The position numbers were made by a program, and so were the translations under genes. A stretch of DNA of 63,081 bases from a virus (Duplodnaviria > Caudoviricetes), in IMG/VR virus record IMGVR_UViG_3300011116_000165, positions 1 through 63,081 of that record; one strand, written 5' to 3'. Below the pieces are notes generated by a model. That model saw nothing but the letters and a program-made list of their open reading frames with translations, searched no databases and was not told the DNA's origin. Shown here one piece after another: positions 18,654 to 27,259 of the stretch (positions are counted from its first letter, which is position 1; every line of letters begins with the position of its first letter).

Positions 18654-20433
18654 AATTTAAAGGTAAATCCAACGCCCATTTGGGGCGTAATCTCATGCAC
18701 AACTCTACGTACTCCTTGGCCGTTTCAACTTCGGCTTCGGGAACAACGATAGCAATTGCATCATGCACCGTCATGACCACTCGGTATTTCTTAGCGATCA
18801 TAAGCATCTGCTCACCGATCACAATCCGCGCAAGGGCTTGGCACATGTTCTCAATTACCTTGCCGCCGTAGATTCGGTTCGGTATTATGGCCTTGCCCTT
18901 CTTTGTATCGTAAACGATCTCGGCTTTGCCATCCTGCCCCTCATGCACTCTTAGGTTGGGGTAGCGTAGGTACAAGCCATTGGGTAGCCGTATACCGCCT
19001 GTGCCTTGTACCTCTAGTGCGCCATCCCGTCCAAATGTTGTCTGCTGGTTGCTTAAGATAGCTTTGAGGGCTGAGGCGGCAGACTTCCACAACTCTGTAA
19101 TCCTTGGGTAAGTTCTGCGGTAGGTATCAATGACGTGCTGGGCTGCGTCCAACTCAAACTCGACCCCAAAGTTTTTAAGCTGCGCTTTAAATTTGGCAGC
19201 ACCCATACCGTAACCACACCCAAGAATCGTAGTCTTACCCACAAATCGCTCATCCTTGGTAATGTCGCTCTCTGCTTTGTTGTAGATAGCTGAAGCCATG
19301 ATCTTGTATACGTCATCGCCCCGATCAAACGCAGCTACCAAGTCATCCTGCCCAGCCAACCAAGCCAACGTACGTGCTTCAATCTGCGAGGAGTCTGAGT
19401 CAATCATTACGTACCCATTGGGCGCAACGATGCAGGACTTAAGAATGGACTTGCGCGGCAGGTTCTGAAGGTTCAGCTTATCGTCGCCACCCCAGCGTCC
19501 AGTATGCGCAGCGTAATACCGTAGGGGTACAGGCAGTGCACCGCGGTAAGCAATACCGATAAACCTCTCTGTCCGCGTCTCTTCGATCGTTGACTTGGTT
19601 CCCAACCTAGCAGCCACTAACGCCTGTACTGCGGGGTCACTATGCTCTAGCAACGCCTTAAACTCTTCGTCCGTCTTAGAGAATGCGTAAGTTTGTTTAC
19701 CGTTGGCGGGGCTAACTTTCATCGGGGGCTCTACGCCCATCGCTCTGAGCAAGTCGGCGAACTTGGGGTTGCTCATCAAGTCGTCTTTGTTGTACGTACT
19801 AAGTATGCGCTTTTTGTTATCCTGCACATCAAGCAAATAGGTTTTCAGCTTCCCAACGTCCAGCCGCAGTACAGGCTCCGTAAACATCTTGACCGTCAGA
19901 TCAATGAGTCGCAACTCAGTCGGCGGGAAGTCCGTAGCCATCGCTTGAAAAAGGGCGTATGTGATAGCCACATCGTTCTTGCAGTACTCGCCATACCTTT
20001 GCAGTTGCTCGGGGCTGAAGTCCTTGCGGCGTAGGCCCAACGCATTTTCAACTTCGGTTCCCTTTTCGCCGATACCATAGTGGTTTGCTAGGACTTTAAG
20101 GCTGCCCCCTACTTCAGTACCGTGTAAGGCTCGGCCCATCGACAGAGTATCAAGCCAACCCTTGGGGCTGAGTCCGTATACCCAAGACAAAATTGCACCG
20201 TCAAACGGAGCGTTGTGCGCAAGGGCGAGGGAATTCCCCCAATCAAACTGAGCAAGGAACTGGTGCATGGCAGCAGCATCGCCGCTAAACCAAACTGGCT
20301 CTCCGTCGTTGATCTGCACCGACACGCCGATCGTTTCAAACTGCGAGCTACGAATGTATTCCTCAGTGGTAACTTTTGTTAGGCTGAACTCACGCGAATA
20401 AAAGGTCTCAAAGTCGATCGTGAGGATATTCAC
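18616..20433 (-). CDS. polA: Family A DNA polymerase with 3'-5' exonuclease
   Basis: DFET and HNAPFD exonuclease motifs; motif A DSSQIEAR, motif B KTTILGCGYG, motif C VHD. Confidence 0.95.
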   Translation of the reverse strand: MNILTIDFETFYSREFSLTKVTTEEYIRSSQFETIGVSVQINDGEPVWFSGDAAAMHQFLAQFDWGNSLALAHNAPFDGAILSWVYGLSPKGWLDTLSMGRALHGTEVGGSLKVLANHYGIGEKGTEVENALGLRRKDFSPEQLQRYGEYCKNDVAITYALFQAMATDFPPTELRLIDLTVKMFTEPVLRLDVGKLKTYLLDVQDNKKRILSTYNKDDLMSNPKFADLLRAMGVEPPMKVSPANGKQTYAFSKTDEEFKALLEHSDPAVQALVAARLGTKSTIEETRTERFIGIAYRGALPVPLRYYAAHTGRWGGDDKLNLQNLPRKSILKSCIVAPNGYVMIDSDSSQIEARTLAWLAGQDDLVAAFDRGDDVYKIMASAIYNKAESDITKDERFVGKTTILGCGYGMGAAKFKAQLKNFGVEFELDAAQHVIDTYRRTYPRITELWKSAASALKAILSNQQTTFGRDGALEVQGTGGIRLPNGLYLRYPNLRVHEGQDGKAEIVYDTKKGKAIIPNRIYGGKVIENMCQALARIVIGEQMLMIAKKYRVVMTVHDAIAIVVPEAEVETAKEYVELCMRLRPKWALDLPLNCEAGYGKSYGDC

Positions 20434-20795
20434 TTGAAAAACCCCGACAGTTGGGTTGACACCTTGTTGTTCTCGCTGCTGATATTGACGGAATCCACAA
20501 GGGCGGCGTGTGGGTTAATGCCAGCAATAGCAGTGGCATATCGGCCTGACGCTTTTATCTTTACGGTGTTCTCCATCTCTTCGGTAAGCAACTCCTTGAA
20601 CACCATAGAGTCGAACTCCTTGCGCCGCACTGCCTTCAACGCCTCGTGCAACGCGCCCTTCTCGGGCTCGGTCAGTACCTCACGGAAGTTAGGCTTAAAC
20701 ATAAAATTCCACTTCGGTGCATCCCCAAAAAACTCTTCGGGGTTTGATTCCATCCGTGCTACTAACGTACGCACTCCATCACTAAATTGGCTCAT
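20430..20795 (-). CDS. Hypothetical protein
   Basis: 121 aa, overlaps both neighbours by 4 nt. Confidence 0.7.
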   Translation of the reverse strand: MSQFSDGVRTLVARMESNPEEFFGDAPKWNFMFKPNFREVLTEPEKGALHEALKAVRRKEFDSMVFKELLTEEMENTVKIKASGRYATAIAGINPHAALVDSVNISSENNKVSTQLSGFFK

Positions 20796-21031
20796 TTCGG
20801 TTCCTCCAGTAGTTTCATCATTCCAATTGCGGTGTGCTTGTCCAGCCCTTTGGCTAGGGTCGTTGAATGCCTGCGCTGCAACTCAATCGAATACTCATTC
20901 CTGTATATTGAGTACTTGCCGTACCTAAACTTCATCACATACCACATACCAGCCTTTTCGTACTCAATACCAAACAGTTTGTTAAGCCCCGGTAACAATT
21001 CTTTGAGTAGGTCAGCACGGCTAATTGCCAT
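20792..21031 (-). CDS. Small protein with a copy of the major capsid N-terminus (candidate capsid mimic)
   Basis: MAISRADLLKELLPGLNKLFGIEY vs capsid MAISRAQLLKELLPGLNALFGMEY; alternative GTG start at 21040. Confidence 0.8.
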   Translation of the reverse strand: MAISRADLLKELLPGLNKLFGIEYEKAGMWYVMKFRYGKYSIYRNEYSIELQRRHSTTLAKGLDKHTAIGMMKLLEEPK

Positions 21032-21323
21032 TGCACTCACCTTCTATCCAACCCTTCAAGTCATCTATGTTTGTTTCGTAAATGACCGCAGTTAAACCAC
21101 CGGCTTCTCGGATAGCTTTAAGGTTTTTCTCTTGCAGCGCGGTAGTTGTACCCTTCCCTGCCTTAGCTTCAATAGCCAAAAACTTACCGTTCACGCAGCA
21201 AAGGAAATCGGGGACGCCACTGTTGCCGTAGCCAGTACCAATCGGCATGGCGTAGTAAACGTTGTGGGCTTTGAGGATGGCCTTAATCTTTGCTTTGACC
21301 TTGGCCTCGGGTGTTTGTGCCAT
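21021..21323 (-). CDS. VRR-NUC domain nuclease
   Basis: PE..GVPD..IEAK..LQ motif set. Confidence 0.9.
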   Translation of the reverse strand: MAQTPEAKVKAKIKAILKAHNVYYAMPIGTGYGNSGVPDFLCCVNGKFLAIEAKAGKGTTTALQEKNLKAIREAGGLTAVIYETNIDDLKGWIEGECNGN

Positions 21324-21350
21324 CTCATACTCCAGTTGTTTTCAGCCTCC

Positions 21351-21378
21351 AGTATAACACAGTGTTTTACTCTGTCAA
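21351..21378 (-). promoter_or_regulatory. Sigma70-type promoter of the replication operon
   Basis: TTGACA-16 nt-TATACT with extended TG. Confidence 0.8.
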
Positions 21379-21390
21379 GGGTACAGGCGT

Positions 21391-21413
21391 AAAAAAGCCA
21401 CCCGAAGGTGGCT
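21391..21413 (-). terminator. Intrinsic terminator
   Basis: Minus strand AGCCACC-TTCG-GGTGGCT followed by a T-run. Confidence 0.88.
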
Positions 21414-21440
21414 AGTACTTACCCTAACATTTGTTAGGTA

Positions 21441-21881
21441 TCACTTGAGCATACTGATCTCTCGCGTCAGATACCACTGTGCCTTGCGCAAGTCCTCCAG
21501 CTTGTTGCCTTTGTGGTCGGCGCGGGTCAGATACTTGACTACGTTGCCAAGGTTGTACCCCAGCTTCTTAGCCTCAATGAAGTCGATGGTCTCGATACCA
21601 CCTACCTTGTAATGGGCAGGGTGATTGACGTTATCGGGGGCGTTCACCGTATCGTTACTTGTGATGATTGCCAGCGTCTTCCACTTGTTCGCTGCTACCT
21701 TAGCTGACTTGCGTGGTACACGTGGGATGCCCTTCTTAGCTTTCTTGTCGTACGAAAGGGTTGCGTATACGTTCCTCAACGTAACACCCTCCAACGCCGC
21801 CGCAATATCATTTGGCTTAGCCTTGGGATGCTGCTTAACGTACGCACGGATTTTTGCTGCTGCTGTCTTAGTTTGTTTCAT
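21441..21881 (-). CDS. DUF3310 (SaV/T7 gp1.7-like) protein
   Basis: VNHPAHY..GIETIDFI..GNVVKYLTRA..EDLRKAQWYL. Confidence 0.85.
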   Translation of the reverse strand: MKQTKTAAAKIRAYVKQHPKAKPNDIAAALEGVTLRNVYATLSYDKKAKKGIPRVPRKSAKVAANKWKTLAIITSNDTVNAPDNVNHPAHYKVGGIETIDFIEAKKLGYNLGNVVKYLTRADHKGNKLEDLRKAQWYLTREISMLK

Positions 21882-22083
21882 TTTTAACTCCAGTTTGGTT
21901 AGTAACATACTCAGTAAGAATTTCTCTCATCTTGGCTTGCTTTGTATACGCAAAGTTAGTGTTGAAGTAATCCATCACCTCCTTTGTTAGACGCAGGCTC
22001 GTATTGAAAAGCGCGGGTTTCTTACCCAATCCCCGCCCTTTTCGTTTTTTCTCCGGTTTTAAAAACTCAATCCCTGTTGTCAT
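21868..22083 (-). CDS. BrnA-antitoxin-like ribbon-helix-helix protein
   Basis: KGRG..K..TSLRLTKEVMDYF..QAKMREILTEYV. Confidence 0.55.
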   Translation of the reverse strand: MTTGIEFLKPEKKRKGRGLGKKPALFNTSLRLTKEVMDYFNTNFAYTKQAKMREILTEYVTNQTGVKNETN

Positions 22084-22231
22084 TGGTTTGTTCCTTTCGT
22101 GCTTTCATAAATTGGTCGGCTATCGTAAACGCCTGCTCATGTGGAAAGTTGTCGTTCTTATTTCTAATCAACAACGCTGCCATTACAAACATAGCTGCAA
22201 GGTCTCGTAAATTCTGTTCATGCTCGGTCAT
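22067..22231 (-). CDS. Small hypothetical protein
   Basis: RDLAAMF..AFTIADQFMKAR; resembles 24352-24573. Confidence 0.65.
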   Translation of the reverse strand: MTEHEQNLRDLAAMFVMAALLIRNKNDNFPHEQAFTIADQFMKARKEQTNDNRD

Positions 22232-22478
22232 CGTAGGCTCCAAAAGGCATAGGGCAATTCTCAGGCGGTACAACTACGCACCATACTGCGCTCCACTTGC
22301 CTCGGCCTTTACCCACCTTGGGAATCCATCGGTCAATATAAGCGTCGGGCATCTTCTCTAAGCTACGCCCTGCATTGGTGTAGTTCATATTGAGGTAGTT
22401 GGATACATCTAACAATGTTAGGCCATCGTGGTACTGTTGCAATAGCATCCTAATTCGATGCTGCGGGGGTGTGTTCAT
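22218..22478 (-). CDS. Hypothetical protein, possible winged HTH
   Basis: DGLTLLDVSNYL..YIDRW..WCVV. Confidence 0.6.
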   Translation of the reverse strand: MNTPPQHRIRMLLQQYHDGLTLLDVSNYLNMNYTNAGRSLEKMPDAYIDRWIPKVGKGRGKWSAVWCVVVPPENCPMPFGAYDDRA

Positions 22479-22720
22479 GTGTTTTTCTCCTTTAGTTTGG
22501 TTTCAATGGCTTTATAAAAAACACCCCAGCCATCGTTCTGCCATTGCTCGTACGCTTGTTGTTGCTCTTCATCCGTCAACCCAACCCAAGGGCGCTCAGG
22601 CCACTGCGCTACCACATCAGCACGCACCCGCAGGGCAAAGTTATATATCTCAGGTGTCATCTGCTTGATGCCAGCCTCCGCGCCAATCCTGTCCAGCTTT
22701 GGTATTAGTCGTTCACCCAT
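22475..22720 (-). CDS. Small hypothetical protein
   Basis: Start MGERL after AGGAG; PWVGLTDEE..LKEKNT module. Confidence 0.7.
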   Translation of the reverse strand: MGERLIPKLDRIGAEAGIKQMTPEIYNFALRVRADVVAQWPERPWVGLTDEEQQQAYEQWQNDGWGVFYKAIETKLKEKNT

Positions 22721-22943
22721 TGTTTTTCTCCTTGAGAATTGACTCTGCACTGGTTGCAGCTTGCTTCGCTGCCGAATCCCAAAAATCAATCATGGCGTGG
22801 TGTTTGATACGCCATGCAAACACGCGCAGTTCAGGTGTTAACTCAACCCGCGCTTCCTTTGCAATTGCTTCTAGCTTTAGCTTCTCTTCTTCCATAGTTT
22901 TGTATACGTCGTAGCGTTTGTATAAATGTTCTTTGCTATCCAT
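22713..22943 (-). CDS. Small hypothetical protein
   Basis: Start MDSKE after AGGAG; ends LKEKNNG. Confidence 0.65.
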   Translation of the reverse strand: MDSKEHLYKRYDVYKTMEEEKLKLEAIAKEARVELTPELRVFAWRIKHHAMIDFWDSAAKQAATSAESILKEKNNG

Positions 22944-23208
22944 TATTCTTCTCCTTGTCTGCTTTCTCCTTGTCTTTGCGCTCCAGTGCAATCATGTAAT
23001 CCAGTGAATCTTGAATCGACTTTTGGTTTCTTACTGACAGATTTTTCAAATCTTCAAACGTGATATGTGGTTTTTTCTGGGTGTCGCATAACTCTGCCAT
23101 GTACGCAAAGTAATCCCTACGCGCTACCGTTTCTATATACCATATTAGCGTTTGTAGCTCGTTTGTATTTGGCACACCAAGTAGTTCAATCATTTCAGTG
23201 TTAGTCAT
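22936..23208 (-). CDS. Small hypothetical protein
   Basis: Coupled ORF; ends KEKNNG. Confidence 0.65.
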   Translation of the reverse strand: MTNTEMIELLGVPNTNELQTLIWYIETVARRDYFAYMAELCDTQKKPHITFEDLKNLSVRNQKSIQDSLDYMIALERKDKEKADKEKNNG

Positions 23209-23471
23209 ACGTTCTTATCCTTAAATTTAGTCAGCAGGTCACGGGCAAAACCAATAGGCGTGGGTCTTTTGAAGGGTTCCCTTGACCAGTATGTTTTAGT
23301 AATCTCCTCGTCCGTCAGGTCTACCCAAGGGCGCTGTGCTGCTTTCTTTCCGTCATAGAAACCGCTTTGGTATGCAATCGTCAACGCATCGTCGTGGTCT
23401 TGGTATACCTGCGTATCGTCATCGTCCAGCTTGTCCCGCGCTGCTGCGCGTTTGCTTTCGTAGCCTGTCAT
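23205..23471 (-). CDS. Small hypothetical protein
   Basis: ATGA coupling; PWVDLTDEE module. Confidence 0.7.
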   Translation of the reverse strand: MTGYESKRAAARDKLDDDDTQVYQDHDDALTIAYQSGFYDGKKAAQRPWVDLTDEEITKTYWSREPFKRPTPIGFARDLLTKFKDKNV

Positions 23472-23680
23472 GCTCTACCTCTTGTGTAAACGATCTGCCT
23501 AAAATTTTCAATCCAAAAAGCAGCGGGTTTATTTTGCAGCAGGGGGTTGTCCTCTACTGGGCGCAGTTCCTCTATCGACTTCATAATGGCTTCACGCTCA
23601 TGCGCTGCTACCAATTCGGCAAAGCGTTCCAGCCAATAGTCGCGTTGACCCGCTTGCTTTGCTAGTTCAATGTAGTTCAT
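23468..23680 (-). CDS. Small hypothetical protein
   Basis: ATGA coupling; FAELVAAHEREA module. Confidence 0.7.
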   Translation of the reverse strand: MNYIELAKQAGQRDYWLERFAELVAAHEREAIMKSIEELRPVEDNPLLQNKPAAFWIENFRQIVYTRGRA

Positions 23681-23871
23681 GCTTCACCTCTTGCTCTGAT
23701 TTTTTCAACAATGAAATCGGCTATTTCATCTGGGGGTACAAACAAATCCTCAACTACTTTGGCGCACTCCTCACGCTCATGCGCGGCTACCAATGCGGCA
23801 AAGTGTTCTATGTCACCATGCAAGTTCAGCCCATTGGTTTCAATCAGTTTAATAATTTCATCTTGTGTCAT
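23677..23871 (-). CDS. Small hypothetical protein
   Basis: ATGA coupling; FAALVAAHEREECA..IRARG. Confidence 0.7.
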   Translation of the reverse strand: MTQDEIIKLIETNGLNLHGDIEHFAALVAAHEREECAKVVEDLFVPPDEIADFIVEKIRARGEA

Positions 23872-24191
23872 ACCTTGCCCCTTGCTCTGTCCATAACTCT
23901 TTCCATCGCGTCTGAGTAGCTCATGCCTAACGCTTTGTTTATAAGCGCCAATGACTCATCAATGATTTCATCATGCACTCCCGCTTCTACTTCCCTGAGA
24001 ACAGTTAGCGTCATCTTTGCATCCTCTAACGCTTCAATGTCTGCGCTGTTAACTTTCCACATCAACTCAATGTCTTCTTCAATTGTGTCAACGTAGGGCT
24101 TAATTGGCTTCAAAGGTTTTATCCGATCAAACATCTTCTTGCCTAGTTCGTAAAACTCTTTGTCTTTGCCTGTGTTGTTATCTATAGTCAT
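23868..24191 (-). CDS. Hypothetical protein
   Basis: Likely start MTIDNN overlapping the upstream TGA. Confidence 0.65.
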   Translation of the reverse strand: MTIDNNTGKDKEFYELGKKMFDRIKPLKPIKPYVDTIEEDIELMWKVNSADIEALEDAKMTLTVLREVEAGVHDEIIDESLALINKALGMSYSDAMERVMDRARGKV

Positions 24192-24355
24192 TTCAGCACC
24201 ACCGCAACAAGAATTGACGCCCCCACTACAAAGATCACCCACACGATCAAGCCCTTGACCTGCTGCACAAACTGCGCGTAGTCGCTAGGCTCGGGCTCGT
24301 CGTACTCCCAATCCTTTTGCTTGCGCTCCATGTATTGTTTGTCTGCTTCGTTCAT
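24188..24355 (-). CDS. 55-aa protein with C-terminal TM helix (not in the ORF track)
   Basis: MNEADKQYME..GLIVWVIFVVGASILVAVVLK; ATGA overlaps at both ends; SD AGGAG. Confidence 0.7.
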   Translation of the reverse strand: MNEADKQYMERKQKDWEYDEPEPSDYAQFVQQVKGLIVWVIFVVGASILVAVVLK

Positions 24356-24573
24356 TTGGCACGCTCCTTTAGCATTGCGTCTGCAAATTCATAGGACAAT
24401 TTAGCTACACGCTCAAAACTACCTGTTTCCACAATCTGGTAAATTTCTTGCATTGCAAGCCCAGCAAAGTGGTCGCGCATGGTCATGTCTCGGGCGTAGC
24501 CGCCTTCCTTGACTTGCCAGTCAGCGTACTGTTTGGCGTATGCGCCTTCCATAACTATCGGTTGGTCTTTCAT
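24352..24573 (-). CDS. Small phage protein
   Basis: MTMRDHFAGLAMQ..SYEFADAMLKER motif. Confidence 0.75.
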   Translation of the reverse strand: MKDQPIVMEGAYAKQYADWQVKEGGYARDMTMRDHFAGLAMQEIYQIVETGSFERVAKLSYEFADAMLKERAK

Positions 24574-24869
24574 TTGATTTTTCCTTCAAGCATTTCGTTT
24601 ACTAACTCGTGGCACAGTTCCTTGAACCTTGGCGTGTATGTCGTCTTGGTGTTTTCGTACCGCGCAATTTCCTCACCGTCTTTGAAGTACACCAGCACTG
24701 CCTTATCGCTCACATAACCGTTGTAGGTTTGGAAATCAGGTATGTAATGGTCAAACGATTGCAGTATTAACTTGCGGTTTTTGTTTATCTCGCTTCTGTC
24801 TAGGTTTCCACCAACTATTTCTCTGTCGATGGCTCGGCCCATAGCTTCATGCAGTTCTTCGCGGGTCAT
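24570..24869 (-). CDS. Hypothetical protein
   Basis: Start MTREEL after AGGAG. Confidence 0.65.
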   Translation of the reverse strand: MTREELHEAMGRAIDREIVGGNLDRSEINKNRKLILQSFDHYIPDFQTYNGYVSDKAVLVYFKDGEEIARYENTKTTYTPRFKELCHELVNEMLEGKIK

Positions 24870-24880
24870 TGCTTGTACTC

Positions 24881-25036
24881 CTAGTGAAGCCAAAGATAAA
24901 AACCATGCAGGATGCCAATCGGAAATAGGATGGCACCAGCCACCAAGAATCCCCACAAGCCCTGTGCAAAGCAAGTGAATACGTGCGTAAGCCAAGCGGC
25001 AAGGCAAGCAAATCCAAATAGTGCTGACCAGTTCAT
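24881..25036 (-). CDS. 51-aa hydrophobic membrane protein (not in the ORF track)
   Basis: MNWSALFGFACLAAWLTHVFTCFAQGLWGFLVAGAILFPIGILHGFYLWLH; SD GGAG. Confidence 0.7.
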   Translation of the reverse strand: MNWSALFGFACLAAWLTHVFTCFAQGLWGFLVAGAILFPIGILHGFYLWLH

Positions 25037-25242
25037 TATTTTTTCTCCTCTGATTTAAAGCTGTCCATACGTGAGTTAAGGCGTAGGATGCGAGCCTTGT
25101 TGTAGTTGACTATGCTCTGCGCATACTCCACTGCGGTCTCGGCTTGTAGCTGTTCGATGTGCGCGTCGGCTAGCTCGGCGGCAATCATTTCCAAGGGCGT
25201 AGGGTTACGCATTTGGGTCTTTATAAACTCAATGAATTTCAT
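25036..25242 (-). CDS. Small coiled-coil hypothetical protein
   Basis: SD AAGGAG adjacent to a palindrome copy. Confidence 0.7.
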   Translation of the reverse strand: MKFIEFIKTQMRNPTPLEMIAAELADAHIEQLQAETAVEYAQSIVNYNKARILRLNSRMDSFKSEEKK

Positions 25243-25264
25243 GTGCTTCTCCTTCTAACAATTG

Positions 25265-26101
25265 TTAAGTCTCGTCTACCAATAACACAAACACCTCGTC
25301 ACTAACACGGCAGCCCATATCAGTGATGTACTGTTCGTTCTCTACTAACTTCAACATGCCCAACTTCATTCGCATGACTTGAGGGAACGTATTATCGTCA
25401 TACAAACTAATCTCGTCTCCAATTTTTACTAAGTATTTACCCGCGTCTTTAATTACCAATGCTGTCTTAGCCGCAGCGAATTCACTCTGCACTCGCTCAA
25501 TGGTCAGCATCTCTACCTCCATCTCTTGCTTCTTCTCTAGGTGCATAAGAAGTTTCTGTCGCTCCATAGTCGGCATACCAGCTTGCACGTGCTGCATGAA
25601 TAGGTGGAAGCCCTCACCCAAGATAAACTTATGCGCCGCGTCGAATACGGCGTGCTCATGCTTAGTCTTCTCTCGCTCCTTATTCCATACGCCCCTAGTC
25701 ACAACCCGCTCGGCTTCGTCCCTAGCTTTCTTTAGTCGCTCGGTCTGATTCATCTTGCCGAACATCTTCTTCGCCATGACCACGGCCTTGTCTGCATCCA
25801 TAGTCGTGTACGAACCCTTCCTTGACCTCGCGCCAGCAATGCGGTCGTTATGTATTTCTACTGCTGTACCGCTACGTGTGTGGGTAGTGCCAAAACTGCC
25901 TAGCCTCTCACCATCTAGGGATACAACAAAACTTATGGCAACTGCACCGCCCATACTGCTCGACTGTGCTACCTCAAACTTCCACAGTGGGTACAGTGTG
26001 GCGAGTCGTTGGACTACTGGGGCCAGCGCACTGTGCACTTTCTCCACATTGCCGTACTTATCCTTGTCTACGATTACGTTGGGTAATGTAAAAATACTCA
26101 T
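25265..26101 (-). CDS. Hypothetical protein
   Basis: 278 aa; SD AGGAG overlaps a palindrome copy. Confidence 0.8.
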   Translation of the reverse strand: MSIFTLPNVIVDKDKYGNVEKVHSALAPVVQRLATLYPLWKFEVAQSSSMGGAVAISFVVSLDGERLGSFGTTHTRSGTAVEIHNDRIAGARSRKGSYTTMDADKAVVMAKKMFGKMNQTERLKKARDEAERVVTRGVWNKEREKTKHEHAVFDAAHKFILGEGFHLFMQHVQAGMPTMERQKLLMHLEKKQEMEVEMLTIERVQSEFAAAKTALVIKDAGKYLVKIGDEISLYDDNTFPQVMRMKLGMLKLVENEQYITDMGCRVSDEVFVLLVDET

Positions 26102-26127
26102 TGACTACTCCTAACAATTGTTACTAA

Positions 26128-26976
26128 TCACCACTCGAACTTGCCCAAGATTGCATCAACCTTAGACTTCAACTTCTCACGCGCTAACGGGCTATCCTTC
26201 ACCTCTTCGATGCTCTCACCAATTAACGCTAGCTCTACTTGCCTACGTGCTTCCTCCAGCTTGGGGTCGTTGGTCACGTTCAGCTTAGTCAGCAACTCAC
26301 ACAACTCCAATGGGTTGCTCAGTAGTGAGTCGTGATACCGCTTCTTATCCTCGCCGGTATCCTCCAGCTTCTTAGACGTATCGACTAACAACTTGTGCAG
26401 TCGCTCCCACGGCATACGCATCGCCTCGGCTAGCTTGCTCTCGCTCTGCTGCTCAAACTCCAGACGCATCTCATCTAAGTCCTGCGTGGGTATGTCCAAG
26501 CGAAAGTCTCCCGCCTCGGGCACAGGCTTGACCGAACGACGGAACCCAAACTTCTGCTTCACCTGCTCAAGGTCGGGGTAGTCCTCTGCCTTGTACAGCC
26601 CTTGCAACGCAGTCGGTGCTTCGGATACTAGGCGCGGATACTCATCAAAAAAGTTATCGCACAGGGACTGGAACGTACGCTCGTACCCATTCATGGTCTG
26701 CTTGTACTCCATGAACAACGCAGTCGGCAACATGCGCTCACCCTTGTCAGCCCACGGTAATGTGTGCTGGTTGTGATACAGGCGAACCCGCGCCGCGAAC
26801 TTCTCAATGTCTGCTCGTAGGCTCGTACCCGCAAACAGATTCTTCTTAGTCTGCGAGGCTCCATGCACTGCCCCTGCGTCCGTATTCACTTTGTTGGTGA
26901 TCTCCCGATCAATCTTTGATGCGGGCCATACGCTGATGTTTAACTCCACTAACACTGCTGATGAACTGATACTCAT
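26128..26976 (-). CDS. Hypothetical protein (possibly DUF3150-like)
   Basis: 282 aa; AVLVELNISVW..TLPW..YP..F pattern; family recalled, unverified. Confidence 0.55.
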   Translation of the reverse strand: MSISSSAVLVELNISVWPASKIDREITNKVNTDAGAVHGASQTKKNLFAGTSLRADIEKFAARVRLYHNQHTLPWADKGERMLPTALFMEYKQTMNGYERTFQSLCDNFFDEYPRLVSEAPTALQGLYKAEDYPDLEQVKQKFGFRRSVKPVPEAGDFRLDIPTQDLDEMRLEFEQQSESKLAEAMRMPWERLHKLLVDTSKKLEDTGEDKKRYHDSLLSNPLELCELLTKLNVTNDPKLEEARRQVELALIGESIEEVKDSPLAREKLKSKVDAILGKFEW

Positions 26977-26979
26977 GAT

Positions 26980-27225
26980 TTACTCCTTGGTTGGTTTGCC
27001 TGCTAACTTAGCCATTCGATATAGGCTCTCACTGATGACCTTCATACCTATCTGCCGTTCGTTGTCGTACACATGATGTGTGTAGTCCACCCCACCTTCT
27101 GCTCGTTGCTCTTTCGGAATCCACTTGTGCTCATACACCTCGGCCTTCTCTAATATGTCCATTAATGCTATGGCATCCTTATTGGGGAGCACATACGACT
27201 GATACCCTAATTCAACTACTACCAT
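26980..27225 (-). CDS. Hypothetical protein
   Basis: Start MVVVEL after AGGAG overlapping a palindrome copy. Confidence 0.7.
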   Translation of the reverse strand: MVVVELGYQSYVLPNKDAIALMDILEKAEVYEHKWIPKEQRAEGGVDYTHHVYDNERQIGMKVISESLYRMAKLAGKPTKE

Positions 27226-27259
27226 TTCTGAACTCCTAACATTTGTTAGATACCACCGA

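Noticed and set aside
20960-21031. Capsid-like segment as misassembly or capsid pseudogene
   Set aside because: The DNA is heavily diverged at synonymous sites while the peptide is conserved, and the ORF is intact and coupled to its neighbours.
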